Both the position numbers and the translations under genes were made by a program. The notes under the pieces were generated by a model. That model searched no databases, was not told where the DNA came from, and was given only the letters and a program-made list of their open reading frames with translations. A stretch of 64,000 nucleotides of DNA from Lingula anatina (Eukaryota; Animalia; Brachiopoda), in contig CM120640.1 in NCBI GenBank assembly GCA_051362555.1, positions 25,096,225 through 25,160,224 of the forward strand, given 5' to 3'. Positions 39,498-53,600 of this stretch are shown in pieces; the stretch's first letter is position 1; the number at the start of each line of letters is the position of its first letter.

Positions 39498-41006
39498 AGT
39501 CGGTAACTATGCAAAAAATGACTGGCTTTACACAAAAAAACACCACACCAACAGTCTTAGTTGAATCTCTTGGTCATTTCTCTTCATTCACAAGCAACAA
39601 GTCAATTCTGAATTCTATAACTTATCCTAGGCGTTCAGGCTATTACGTCTGTTGTCTGCTGGTGTTAAGGCCAGTCTAAGTTAGGCCTATTTTAACAACC
39701 TTTGACACAGGCTAACGTCCAACGGCTACCACGTATTCTTCTCCTGCTATTGGAGCAATTAATTTTACACCCCTAGCTGCATCTCAATCGATGGAACGTC
39801 GACCCCTTGATTGGAAATCTATTACTCTTCGACTTGCTTTCAACACACCAATGGTTGCTATGAATAATAAATGAACACCTTTGGTGATAATCTATGTAAT
39901 TTGCAATAACATGTGTTCACTTCTAGCTGGTGTATAGTTCTTGGTGTGAAAATCACTCTCGCGGTACTTGGGTCGAGTTGTTTAAACGATTTCATGTTAA
40001 TGAAGTTTTCTCAATAAATAAGTCTATCATTGTTCACTCGTTTCAAGTTGTCACATATATTCTTAAAATGGGCAACCATTTCGATCAAACATAAAGGTCC
40101 GGATAAAAGGAAAAGAAAGCACGCCTCATTGAGCTAATCTTAAAACATCGAAAGGCAATTTATACAGGTAGGTATATTTGAAAATAAGATAAGCTTTATG
40201 TTTGCTTTGCGATTATTTGCGATGTTAATCCCCTGCTTACATAAGTCCTTTTATTCAATTACTTCTGTCTGCGTAAAATATACGCCCCTCTTAAACTAAT
40301 GTTTAAATTTCGAATTGTCATACATACAAACAAGTTAATACATAAATCATTTCCTGTATTGACGCGATATCTTTCACTTAAAATGGAAGTGAGAGTGCTT
40401 AAACAAATTTGAAAAACGACAGCGTACCCAATCTCTTTGCATCTTTATGAAGTTTTCAGTTCTACGTTTGCAGCACTCCTAGCCTACAGCTTAAATGTAA
40501 TAATTTTGCCGTTTCGGTCCTTTTTTATTCCTTTGGAAAATGCATATTCACAACAAACAAATGAACAAGTGCATTTATTTTACTACAACAATAAAAAGAT
40601 TCACCATAATGCCACGTGTGCAGCAAGAAAATAACACCAATGGCTGCCCAAGAGTTCTCCAAACGTGACTGACAACGCCGGAAAACTAGATTTAAGAACA
40701 GCACGTTTGAAGGCACATGAAAATTTTTGAGAGGAAATACGCAACTATGGCAGCTTAGGTATAAAACGCATAATGCACAACACTAAAATGCATTACTAAA
40801 ATTACAAATTCATTCACAGAGCTTTGGGATATGACTTAAGACTCTCTGACACCCTCATTTTTACTTTGAATTCAAACTTTTCAATCTAAATACCCCTACA
40901 TTTTGCTGTGTGTAATGTCCTTTTTTATCAAACCTACAGGATCAAAGTCTTTATATCTAACTCCAGGGATAGTCTAAATCACAAAAATCCTTTGAAGGCT
41001 TTCTGA

Positions 41007-44000
41007 CTAGTCCAAATAAATTCTGTGAAAGTCATTGGCTCCAAATCCAGCGTTACATTTCGGACATTTTCTCTGTCTTGTTTCATAACGAGTCTTTAGG
41101 CATTCTAGACAGAACACATGGAAACATTTGGTCAAAACAGCATCTTTTCGTTTGACTTTACATGATGGGCATGTTAGCTGTTCCTGAAATAGAAAAGGGG
41201 TCATGTTTTTCAATAATAGTTTTGAGTAAAAGTCTATACCGCCTGTCTGTTTAGTCTATACTGCCCTGTCTGTATTGATCAATGTGGTTTAACAATAGTA
41301 CAGGAGAACCCCAGCCCCAACCCTAATGCAACTCCTCCACTGAAGTAATTCAAGGCCAGTAAATCCAATATTCTACTGATGCCTAATTAGTTCTGATTAA
41401 TGTTCCCTTTGATATAGTCTAAGCACAGCTAACCTGGCTGACCTTTTCCTGACAGACATCAAATGAAAGTCAACCCCATCACCCACTCCTTCCCACAAAG
41501 CACAAAAAATCTGCTTATAGATCAGTTAAAAAAATTTCCCTGAACAGCTTGATGTGAATATAATTTGACAAAAGACTAACCATACAAAACAACTTGAATG
41601 TAAATAAAAAAATGACAGGTTGGAAATAGGTAAACACAAACCTTGTATTCCTTAAGTTCTTCCATCAGCACAGCATCTGCGGTTCCAGCTAATTCTATTT
41701 TTTTGTGCCTCTCCAGCTTTCTACGGAGGATAGCCACATCTTCCTATAAAAATATCAAATGCTTTAAATAAGCAAATTCTTCTCTTTAACATTTAACTTT
41801 TGATTTACTTGCTAGAATTTAAAAGACAAGGCAGAAAAGGCTCCGCTCCTACCTGTATTCTTCTGTATTTAAAAGACTCCTGTTCCATGGCCCCTGTTTT
41901 CTCTGCTACTGTGATCTGAGCATCTTTCAACTGGTTCTGGTATTTTTCAAGGTGAAGTCTCAAGTCTGCTGCAGTCTGGGAACTCTCCACAGCTTTTCTC
42001 TTGTGCATTTCCAGAGCTTGTTGCCGCAGACTGAAACAAACAAACAAACAAAAAAAAAATGAAGAGTATCCTTGTTAGTCTGTTTATCATTACACACCAT
42101 TCACACTTACTTATTCACTTGCAATCACTTCAAAAATGAATTTTCTGGGATTATAAAAAACAGTAAAAAATGAGTGTTTCTACAGCATGTTAAATTTACA
42201 ATATTTGTTACATCATGCTTTCCTCAATGACATAATCTATAAAATACTAAAAATATAACAAACAATCACACCTCAATTCCTTTTCTACTGTTGCTAAATT
42301 GTTCTGGAGTATTCTTTCTTTTTCTTCCAGCCGTCTGACAACTAAGTTTTGGGTTTCCACTTGCTGGTGTAACGTAGTCACCTGTTCCATTAAGACATCT
42401 TTTTCCTCTTTCAACAATTTATGAATCTGGTTGGATTTTATTCTCTGCAATCAAATGATTATATAAGTAATCATATTGCTCAATATCAAACATCATGCAC
42501 AATAATCCAGGAAAAAAACACACACACACAAGTTAAAATATTGTTTGCTAATATAATATATAACAATAATGCATAATGATTACATATTCCATACACTGCT
42601 TCTACAGTATATTGTAACTGAAACTAAATAATATCTAACTAATTATGTCTGACTCTTACTGAACATTTGTGACAGTACGCCCACCCAATACATGTCTTAA
42701 TACTATTATTCTGGTCAGCATACCTCTGACATCAGCTTAAAATTGGCATCGTCTTTCTCTCTAAGCTGCTGTATCAACCTGATATTCTGTTCCTGCATGT
42801 CTTCAAAAGCCTGACCAGTGACCTCCATCTCATTCAACAGTGCTTCTTCCTCCTGAATAATATTGTTCAAACTGAATATAAAAACTGCATACTGCATTTT
42901 AGACAGGTAATATGGACAGGTTAATGAGAGTAAACAAAGTTATAAGAAGCATGTGTCAAACAACAGAAGGAAGGAGAGATACCAATATAATAAGAGATAA
43001 TACTCTAAAGTACCTGTTTTTGAGCTGCTAAATTCCTCTGTAGATCTGCTATACTCTCTTCCAGCCTTTTTATCTTTCTTATTGCTTCATCCTCTGCAAG
43101 TTTTCTCTTTTCTTTCCTCTCTGCTTCCTGCATCTTTCTGATGTGGTTCTTCAGCTCATCGATGTCCTGTTTAGCCTTTTTTTCACCAGCCATGAGCTGT
43201 ACTTTGTCTCTCTGTTCTTTGGGGGCGCTCTTGTACATGTCCAAAAGCAACTTCATTTCTTTTTGACTGTCCTGTGCTTTCCTAATAAATAATAACTGAG
43301 GTTATATAGTCTGGGTCATAGAAGCACAAGCTCATCCTTTCTCTTTTTAATAATTTTACTGTAAACATCATCATCCTCATTATCATCGTCTTCACCATCA
43401 TCATAATGGAAATAATAATAATAATTTCTTTCCAGTCAAAATCCACAAAACAAATACAAAATAATTCATAAATCCAGACTACTATAAAGTAAATAAATAA
43501 TTATTTTAAATGATATTAATGTTATACAAATTTCTGATTTATTTTATTAAAAACTACTTTACATACCATGCAGATCTTAAATTGTTGTAATATAACAGGA
43601 AATGGCATAATACTTACTTCAGCTGTTGCTTCAGGTCTTTGATAATCTCAGAATCACTTTTTCCTTTCTCTCTCTCTTTCTCCATCTTTTCTTCTTCCTC
43701 TTTCTTAATGATGATTGGCTCTTCCTGTCTGGGAGGCGAGGGCTCTTTAGGCGGTTCTTCTAGTGGCTGGTCAGCACTGGAAGCTTCAGCTTTAAACTGA
43801 AATAAAAACAAAATTTGGGTTAAATCAGACCAGTTTTCACCCACATGTGACCTTTCATCAAGCCCACTTTCTATTAAAAAATAGCATACTTAACAATATA
43901 GATTATGCGCTTTTACTACTTAATGAAACTTAAATGGATTCAGAATGAATGTAGCACTTTTAATATTTGTATTGTATGGAAACTTCCATTTAAATGGTGA

Positions 44001-44683
44001 GATTGTTAGATGAACAAATACAGCTAATTGGCTAAGCACAGCAACTACAAACATGGCTATTTACAAGTTAATAGTTAAAACATCAAACATATTCACAAGA
44101 GTATTTCAGATGCAAGAGTTTATGAGAAAGTATCAAGCAAACAACTAACTATTACAACATAGAGTTAATTTACCAAAACCACATAAGGCACATAATTTGG
44201 ATGTTAAACAGTGCAACTTCTTATTGAATTTCATGAGTGGAAGTTGCAATTAAATTACTGTTATAAAGAATATATGCCAGAATATATTAACTGTAATCAT
44301 ATCAATATATACAGCAAGTAAGTTTTGCAGACTCTTTTAGAGTATTGGGATCAATGAGATTTTCCTTTTTATAGACCCTCCCTTGCAAAGCTACATACGT
44401 TATGCTTGTAAAAAATCAACTGCACACTCAGGAGTTAACACATGAAATTCTATCTACCCATGCCCCATTACAGCCATTCAATTATCATCAAACAAATAAT
44501 CAAACAAACACATGTGCACTGCTGGAATGAGAATGTGGAAAGCATTACAAAGCAAAATGTACCAGCCCTATCAGCTACTACAGGTACAAGGCACTGGTTT
44601 CACAGAACCATCATTAGCTAACAACCATTATTCCAATGCTGTTTTGACAAATATCTCTGTGTGTTAGACATGGACTACTACTA

Positions 44684-44732
<49 letters not shown>

Positions 44733-47700
44733 AGACATATTATGCAAATGAGGGCTTTGTGAGACCAGTGCCAGCTATGCAGAAGAACTATTTCAAAGTG
44801 TGGAGCAGTAGCTGTAGCTGCAGTAGCAACCTGATTTCCCTTTGGTGCTGATGTCTGATCAGTTGGTTGAGGACGAGGTGGATGAGGATGAGAATGAGGT
44901 GAATTGCTGTGTTGATGATGGAGGGGATCACCTTTCAACTGAAATAACAACCAAACCATCATACACAGTGCTGGAAACTCATTGCCACTTCTGGATCACA
45001 ATCAGTTAATTCAGAATTAACCTGACTGGATAAAGGTTGCAAACAAACTGAAAAGCCTACTTAATGATCACAGCAGTCAGCAACAAAATTCCTAATTTAA
45101 AAAACAATCAAAATATATATTAGCAGTAAAATCTGCTCAAAACTGTATTTGACAGCATTAAATCTTTTAATATCAAAAGACAAAAACTTTTAGATGGTCA
45201 ATTTTGCCAAGAAGTAGGTATATGAAAAAGTAAACCCAATACTGTGCATTGTATTATATCATGCACATTTAACAAAAACCAGGAATGAAAGAAAGAGACC
45301 TGTTCATCTAAACATCTGCTGAAATCAACCTCTGCAAACACATGCTTTGCTAGAGACAATTCAAAATACATATTTTTTACATCAAAAGTAAAATGATGAT
45401 TGAATGTGTAATACTGTCAATAAAGAGAAAGTTAACATCTTTAAAGAATATAATTTTGAAAAATAAATTGAAATCCTTGTTATAACTGTCCAAACTATCA
45501 AATTCACAGGTTAGAATTCTAACAGTAAGCAAATGAGTACTATTCATTTCCCGGTGCACCAAAAATAATCTGAGCATAAATGAGCTTTATATCAGATCAA
45601 ATTAAAATCAAATGGGTCACAAAAATGACCGTTATTTCCATTTTCATTGGTCCTTTCTTCCATCCCTTGAATTCCCCCATGCGCCTCAACCTAGCATAGC
45701 AATAAACTGTACAGCACTGCCAAGCACCATCCTTAAAGGCATAGGGGTGGCAATCTACTGGGATCTGTCAATACTTAGCCCTTATTGCCCCTGTAAAATT
45801 CCCATTTTTTCCCCATTTTTTCTCCACCCGACCGACTTTCCTTTGATTCTCTTACCATTATAGGCCCCTGTGCATGAGCTTTCTTAAACTAATTAAATCA
45901 TGGTTTTTCATTCTTAAACTTACCTAACTTTGATTTTTTTAAACTGCCCCTATGCTTTCAACATGGAACATTCATTAGCACATATATATTTTTTCACAGA
46001 ATCATGTATAAAAAAATCAAATAATAAATTCCAATTTGCCAAGAAGCTGGTTTACATAAATAAATGAGAGTGGGAGCATTCATTTTCTTACCTTGGCAAT
46101 TTCTGTCTGTGCTTCTTTCAGTTTTCTCTTGTAGCGAGCAACCTCTCCTTTAAGCTGGTGATTATGATTCTGTAAGCTAGTGATCAAGTTTCGCATTTCT
46201 CTGTTGATGGGACCTGAACAGAAAGCTTTACTTAGACCTGGGTTTTCAATAAAGAAGCCCTAACATCAAATAATTAAGGACATCACGCAAGTTTTAAATC
46301 ACTTAAAATAGCGAAACAAAAACAGTATTTTCTTCCCACTCACCAGTCTGCTCATTGGCAGCTAAGGTTTGTTCAAATTCAATTCTCAGCATCTCATACT
46401 CCTTCCTGACTTGGGCCAGGGTATCTTCTAGCTGAATCATTTCGGTCCTAAGCTTCTTCTGGCAGGCAAGCTCATCGCTCTACATCAAAAACATAGGGTC
46501 TATGCATCAGTGGTTTCAGATACATTTTGTAACATATTTGTTAATCCTTGGTTTGTGTAAATAACAAAACCGATAAAATAATAAAAACTTCTGTGTCTCC
46601 ACATGAAAGGGGATTTTAGCTGATCTGGCTATCTACAGATATCTTATCAATAGATTAGACAAGCAGCTTCAATATTCCAATCTTTTTATCAAGGTAAAGC
46701 TCACATTAAAAAATCTCCTTACCTCCATTTGTTCAATCTGCCTAAGATGAGCATTTTTGCTGCTTTGAAGGAGGTTTCGGCTCTCATCTAGCTGAGTTCT
46801 GATCTGCATACACTCATTGTACAGCACGGAAAACTGGGACTGCAGGCTCTTGTACTCGGATGTCTCAACTATGACACTCTCAGGCAGTTCTTTCAGCTGA
46901 AGTGTACGATACAAGAACACATTGATTTAAGAAACAGGTTTTAGTCATTTAAAATGTCTGTACATCTTAACATTCACCCTACACGTTTTTACTTGAAGAG
47001 GTGATACCTTGCAATACATGATCAACATATTTCAAACCTGAAATAACGAAATCTCTGTCAGGTAAAACTGTATACTATCTTGAAGCTGATAACTCATACC
47101 TCCATCTTCAGACGCTCTTCCTCCTTCACTGTATCTTGATGATTTTTCTGCAGATTCTCCAGCTCCTGAAGACGTGTACTGGCCAGCTCACGTTGTTCTT
47201 CAAGTTCACTTGTCAGTTCTTGAAACTGTTAATAATTAAAATACATGTCATCAGTGTAATTCCTTAAAGTTATAAGGATAACTATATAAAGAGAGAGAGA
47301 GTAATGAGAAAACTAATGAAAACTGAAAAGTTATCAACAGCAATGCTTATACTTTTATAGTAAGATGCATCATTCAAATCATTTTAAGAGTTTTCTAATC
47401 AAGTATCTGACAAAGACTTCTGTGAACAAACTAGGCACCATTTTTCTATATACCTTGGACTTTGACACCCCTTCGACTCCACCACCTCCCTCGCCCTCTA
47501 CAGTCACCACCTCGGTCTGGCTCTTGAGCTTTTGGGCAGCCTCATAAAGCTGGAACTCAAACCTCTGAGCACTATGGGTAGTATTTCCAAGGTCATACTC
47601 CAGGTCATCAATTTTATTTTTCAATTCTGCAATCTCAGTTTCTGCTGCGGTGAACTTTTCTTGCAAGTCTGAATGCTAAAATGTGAACAAGTAAGGTTGA

Positions 47701-49576
47701 AATGTTATGGGTCCAACAACAGCATGGTGATGGCCATGGGTGCATTGACAGCCTATTTACTGTGTAATAAAATGAAAAGTACTTCCTACATTCTTAAAAC
47801 TGCTTTTGTCTAAAACATTCTGATGCATGTTTTCTAATTCACTAGAACATAAATGTGAAATACCTTCAATGTAGTAACATGGTGGATTTCCTGGAGCTTG
47901 GTTACCAAGTTCTGCAACCGTTTGTTTTCCTTCTGCAGGTCCAAAAGTTCAGTTTTCACAGCTTCACTTAAAATTTGTTCCCCATTCTTTTTCTCTGGCT
48001 TTTCTTCATCTTGTTTCTCTACACTTCCTTCCTTTTCACCCTCTTGGTCTTCAGTTTCTTTCTGTGCACTGCTCTTGCTGTCATCTTCACCTGCCCTTTC
48101 TGTTGTTTCCGTTTTCAATTCTTCCTTCATGTCTGCTTTCTGGGCATCACCTAAAGGAAATAGACCTTTGTTTGCCTGGATATTATCTGTCTAAAATGTT
48201 ATACAAAATCCACTTTTGGGGGTATTTAAGTCAAGAAATTTAATTGCCATTATATTGTAATGCCTTTTTTTCCAAAAACATTTTTCCACTTACAAAATGT
48301 CTAATAAAGATTCTTTTACACCAAATTACATAATCAGTTATTCTGTGAAAGAAACACATTTAATGTTGACTAAAGGAAACGAGCATCAGCATGCACCTCA
48401 CTTTTGTACAATACTTATGTAAGATTTACCATCTTTTTCAATTTTCAAGTCTTTGATGGAATGATATAACTTCTCATTTCTTTGCAGCAGTCTGTCATAA
48501 GCTTGGATTAGCTTTCCAATAGCTCTTTTGGAAAATTCGACCCTTTGGCTAAGATTTTGTTCAAGTTCTTCCTTGTCCCAGCTTGACAGCTGTGTCAGGA
48601 AAGAGGTCACAGCTTCACTCTGATCTGAAATCAGGTAGGCAGGTATATTTATAGAAAGAACATAAAGACTTATTGCTCTTAATTTACCAGTATACCATTA
48701 TAATTCTTCCATGATTTAGTGACTATGTGGTAGTGTATATAAGTGTAGACTTACTTTCTCTCTCATCTTCATCTGCTGTTTCAGCATCAAATCTTTCCAG
48801 TAGCACTCTCACATCTTCATCCAGCTGGGGAAAAATATTGCAAATAGGATAAAATAAAATGTAGAAAAAAATAACAATGGGAATATAAAAATTGTCTTAA
48901 ATTTCAATTCACATAAGTCAGAATTTTCATCTGATGAATTATGTTACTCCACTCTACTGAAACAAGATCAATTCTGAAATACCTGATTCCAATATCTGTT
49001 GACAATACACAGGACAGCATCATCTGTTGTTTGTCTTTTCTCCAACTGTTCAATTCGCTTTCTTAGATCCTCTTCTGCACGCCTACGTTGTTCTAAGCGT
49101 TGACTTAGTTTTTTATTTTGAAACTGTACAGTCTTAAGATCAAGCTCCTCCTAGAAAGAGCAATTTCTTGCATATTAAAAACATCCCTCCATGTAACAGT
49201 TAATCATCAATACATAATTTAAAGCAAGCAAAAATTGAAAAGACAAAATTCAAGTGTTTGCATACAACAAGTATTTTAAGATATGAGATAGTTCTTAGGG
49301 GACGACTTGCAGTCTTATAAAAACACTGAAAAAAAATACTTGTATGAATGTAATGGATATCACAAGAACATGAACAGTTCCTGCAATTCTATCAAAAATG
49401 GCATCTCAAGAGAGTCTACCCTGTACTTCCTATTTAAAATTTCTCCACTTAATGCAGTTTCTTACCAATGAGTAGATTGGTCCAATCTTAATAGGCTCGA
49501 ACTGGACTAGGGCTTTCTTTGAAGGTGGTCCAGTGGAGCCTGTTGGAGACTCACTCAGGGGTCTCTTGGCAGACAT
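41007..49576 (-). CDS. Bre1: E3 ubiquitin-protein ligase Bre1 (RNF20/RNF40 orthologue)
   Basis: About 17-18 exons, from [10 protein letters not shown] (49576-49466) to the C3HC4 [58 protein letters not shown]. Conserved [23 protein letters not shown] and [23 protein letters not shown]. Confidence 0.97.
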
Positions 49577-50401
49577 TTTGTGGGTTTATGTATGTTACCT
49601 AAAAGATAATAAAGTACCAAAGTGAATCTCTATTCAGATAATGGAAAGGCAAAGAGCAGAATAGTATGCTGTACACTGAAATCAATGTTTCTATTAATGA
49701 AAAAAATGCTCATTCTGGACTAAGGCAATGAAACTTAATAAACATATAATTTATGGATGTCTAAACTGATAAATGACAAAAAAGGAAAGAAAAAGAAAAG
49801 AAAAAAGACACAAAATGGATGTTGTATTCAAAGCAAATAAAAGAAAATGAACAAAAGCATTGGTTTCTATACTCCACAAAATGCTAAACCACAAAAGCAG
49901 GGAAAAGATTCTTCTCAGAAATTTGGCTATACAAAGAAAAATTCTGTGAGGCCCACGAAAGCCCTGCATCTATTTCAGGCTTTATTCTGCTGTTTATGTT
50001 CAAGTGCTGGACAAGAGGCTCCACAAATATATTATTTTTCTTCAAATTTATGAATATAACATTTTCATCAAGATGGTAGTAATTTGAGGGGCTTAAGCGG
50101 TTTAATGTGATTGCTAAAACACCCATTCCATGTCTTTTTGTTCTTTTCACTCTAAGTCGTAACTGTTTTGTACAGCTGCAGAGCAGAATGAAACTATAAG
50201 ATGAACTTCAGAAAGCTGAAGTCTGCGGCGTCGTTGAAATGATTGTATTAGCAATCGACTATCCTGGACTAATTACGCAAGACACCAATTAAAAAACTTC
50301 TAGTTCTGAATGAGTCTTAAGTCTAACGTTTCCAAATTTTGCATGAGTAATACAGGACACGCTTATAATTGGAAATTTGCACAATTCTATGACTCTCTTA
50401 C

Positions 50402-50682
50402 CAGGATCACTCCATTTTGAAAAGTCCCGGATGTTTAGTCTTTAAACTTTATTGGTCTTTGGTTTAGTATGTCTTTGTCAAATGTAAACCACAAACTTAT
50501 TATAAAAAGTAACATTTTCAATATATTTATTTATCTTTAAAATTCGTAATTTGTCAAATGAATGTCATTTGTCCAAGAAAAACAAAAGAGTTTAGAGAGT
50601 AGCTAAAATGACAAGGTCAAGGTGAATATTGCAGGAAGCTTGGGTGAAGTATAGTGGGTGAAGTAGGGGGGCTGGGGAAATC
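50402..50682. promoter_or_regulatory. Probable bidirectional promoter between Bre1 and the VPS9 gene
   Basis: A minus-strand splice donor at 50401-50400 (non-coding first Bre1 exon; matching acceptor near 49599) lies <300 bp from the plus-strand ATG at 50683. Confidence 0.5.
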
Positions 50683-53600
50683 ATGGAAGCAGATGACTTA
50701 GACTTCAACCCATTTTACCAAGCTTTGCAGGTACGTTCAATGCACTGTAAAGGTACTCGTGTCAAAGCTGTAATGATTTGTAAACGCATTTTTTTAGTTA
50801 ATTTTAAAGATCTTGCTCAAATTCTAGAAGAATTAAGCATATCTGATTGTCAACAGTTTCTATGAAATGACCAGGCTGAATAAATCCACAGGCCTTCAGT
50901 ATCTACGTTGTCCTCTTTGCTCTCTGTGGATAATAAGAGGATAGGCACAATTATATATACACGTCTGACTTTTTTAATCAAAAGCATTTTATAACAAAAA
51001 TGTAGATTGGTAATGTGCTTATAAATTACATGCCTTTTTTTCGTTTTATCATAAATGTTTTAATTGCTTTATCCAACACCTGATTTTTCAATTATTAAAT
51101 CTGCAGGATCAATATCATACTGCTTATGAATATGCACAAGAAAAGTGTTACACTATATGTGTACCTGAAACAAGCAGTTTGGAAGGTGTGGAGATTAACA
51201 ACCGTTTTGTGGGTAAGGTATTTATTACTAGATTATCATAATTGTAAAAAAATAAATAAATAAATGAAATTACAAAATTTTGCTTCTTTTTCTCTCATTA
51301 AGTTTAATTTAAATTTACTCAGTTGCAATGGACCTTTAGCTTTACTGTTTTTGCTTTTATAGTGTGTTCACCTTTTTTTTTCAGAGACACATATCTTGAA
51401 GCCATCTCCTTTTTTTCAGGGGTAAGTTGATGCAGACTGAGTGAACCTTGTTTTTATAAAAGATCTGATCATGGTCAAGGTTTTTTTAGAACACTATTTT
51501 ATAACGCTATTTTTACACTCAATTAGTGCCTTTTTAGACCGCAAGTGTATCTATGAGAATGATTGTTTCACTTTATCAGGATATACTTATGTTGTAAAAG
51601 TTTCCTTCTTCTAGACAATATTACACTGCTGGCAGAAAAGAAAAAGCAGTCTTTTTAGACGAGGATATCCTGCAGACAGGAGAAGGTGGTGTATTTATAT
51701 GTTTTCATGATTAAATGAAAATTTAGAAATGGTGTAATTCTTCATCTCAGTGTACAGATATGTTTGGAGTTTATTAATAATTTGTGAGGACATTTTATGG
51801 AGTAGAGTTAATTTAAGCTGATATTTGATCATTTTGTTATTATAACAGCAGCTTTATTGTATCTACCTTATAGGTTTTTCCCAAAAAGTTACTGCAAAAG
51901 TATTAGTTGAAGAAAAAGCCTACAACAAGGTAAAAATTAAGTCATGTACACCAATTAGATCTATTAGCTTATTTTCATTAAATGTAGATATAATGAAACA
52001 AGATGTAGATATAATACAACAAAAATATACTGACTCTTTTTAAGAGCCTGATTTAAGTCGTAGGTGATCTTCACATCATAACAGTATGAACTCTTTGTTT
52101 CAGGAATACAAGCCATTCAAGTTGTTGATTGTAGATCAACCACTTATTCCAACACCAAGGGTAAATATATACTGTATTTCACTGATTTTGTCATTTTGCA
52201 TTTTTTAATTTTCTGGTGTCTGGAAATAGCTGAATGGAAATTTATTTGTATCACTTATTTTTAGTTCTATTTTAATTAATTTTGTTTTGGATCACATTTT
52301 ATTTCTCAACCTTACTTTCATTGAACTATTTGTTTAATAATTTAACATACTGCAAAGGATAAGTTTAATATTTTGAAAAAATCTGCACATTTAGTAATAT
52401 TTCAAATAAAAAATTGATTACATACATCAGCATGTGAGTTATTGATACTAACAATGCATATGTATTTTTAACCAATGGGTTATTTATATTTTTCAGTCAA
52501 AAAGAAACAGTGTATTGTCCAACTTAATTGAAATTTTTACACCCAAGAAGACACCAACAGAGTAAGCTCTTGTTTATGCATTTTCTTTAATTTGATGTAT
52601 TATATGTATAGTTAATTGAAGTGCTACAGTTTATAAACATATGATTTAAAATAGAAAGTACAACACACCCAGGCCCCAAATAATGGTCTCTGAGACAAAT
52701 AAAATTACTATGTAGTTTTGTTTAGCAATTGTCACATCACAGCTGTCAGCTGTGTTTTTATTCCATATACAATATCTAACATGATTTATGGTACAGAAAA
52801 AGTCATGTATTCAAATTAAGAATATTCATGCCCTCTACAGTAATCTAAAGTTCTACAGCAGTTTCTGTGGAGGTAAAATATCTGTAATATTAAAAAGGCA
52901 ATACATATTTAACATCAGAATGTGTCCCTTTTAAGTTTGTGTTACAAACAGAAGTCATTTCATCACCTTAACTGTACTAATCAAACATTATTCTTTACAA
53001 AATACATTAATTGATAACATTTCAACATTTTCTGTATATATCTCATATGTTTTATGTCTGTATTTCAATTTTTTTCAGATGCAGAGAATTTCTCCAATCA
53101 TTCCCAGAACATAAACAGGTAGGCAAGCAGTAACCAAAAATGGTTTATTAAGATTAGTCAACATTTAATTGTTTCAGCCTCAATGAGTAATTGTTTATCA
53201 TAGCGTATAATGATAAAAAAGGGCACTCTTTTATCTAATAATGTATTGTAATGGCAATATCGGATGGATTCTTAGAGAAAACTGAGGACCTCTTTTTTTT
53301 TATTTGCAGACATTATCAAACATAGACACAACAATACAGCAATTCAAGAAAAACTATATGGTGTTAAAGGACTATATGGATGATGCAGTGAAAAAAATTG
53401 AAAATATTTGTGTGGAAGCTAGACAAGTAGGTTTTTTACATTTTTTTAATTTGTTATAAACTATGGAAAATGCATAGCTTAATATCGTAACATAAATAAT
53501 TTTGATCCTCCCACATCACCATTATTCAATGAAATATAATTGCAACTGCTGAGTCATAATTTACAGAACCTTCTGCTTGTAAACCAACATCCTCACAAGT

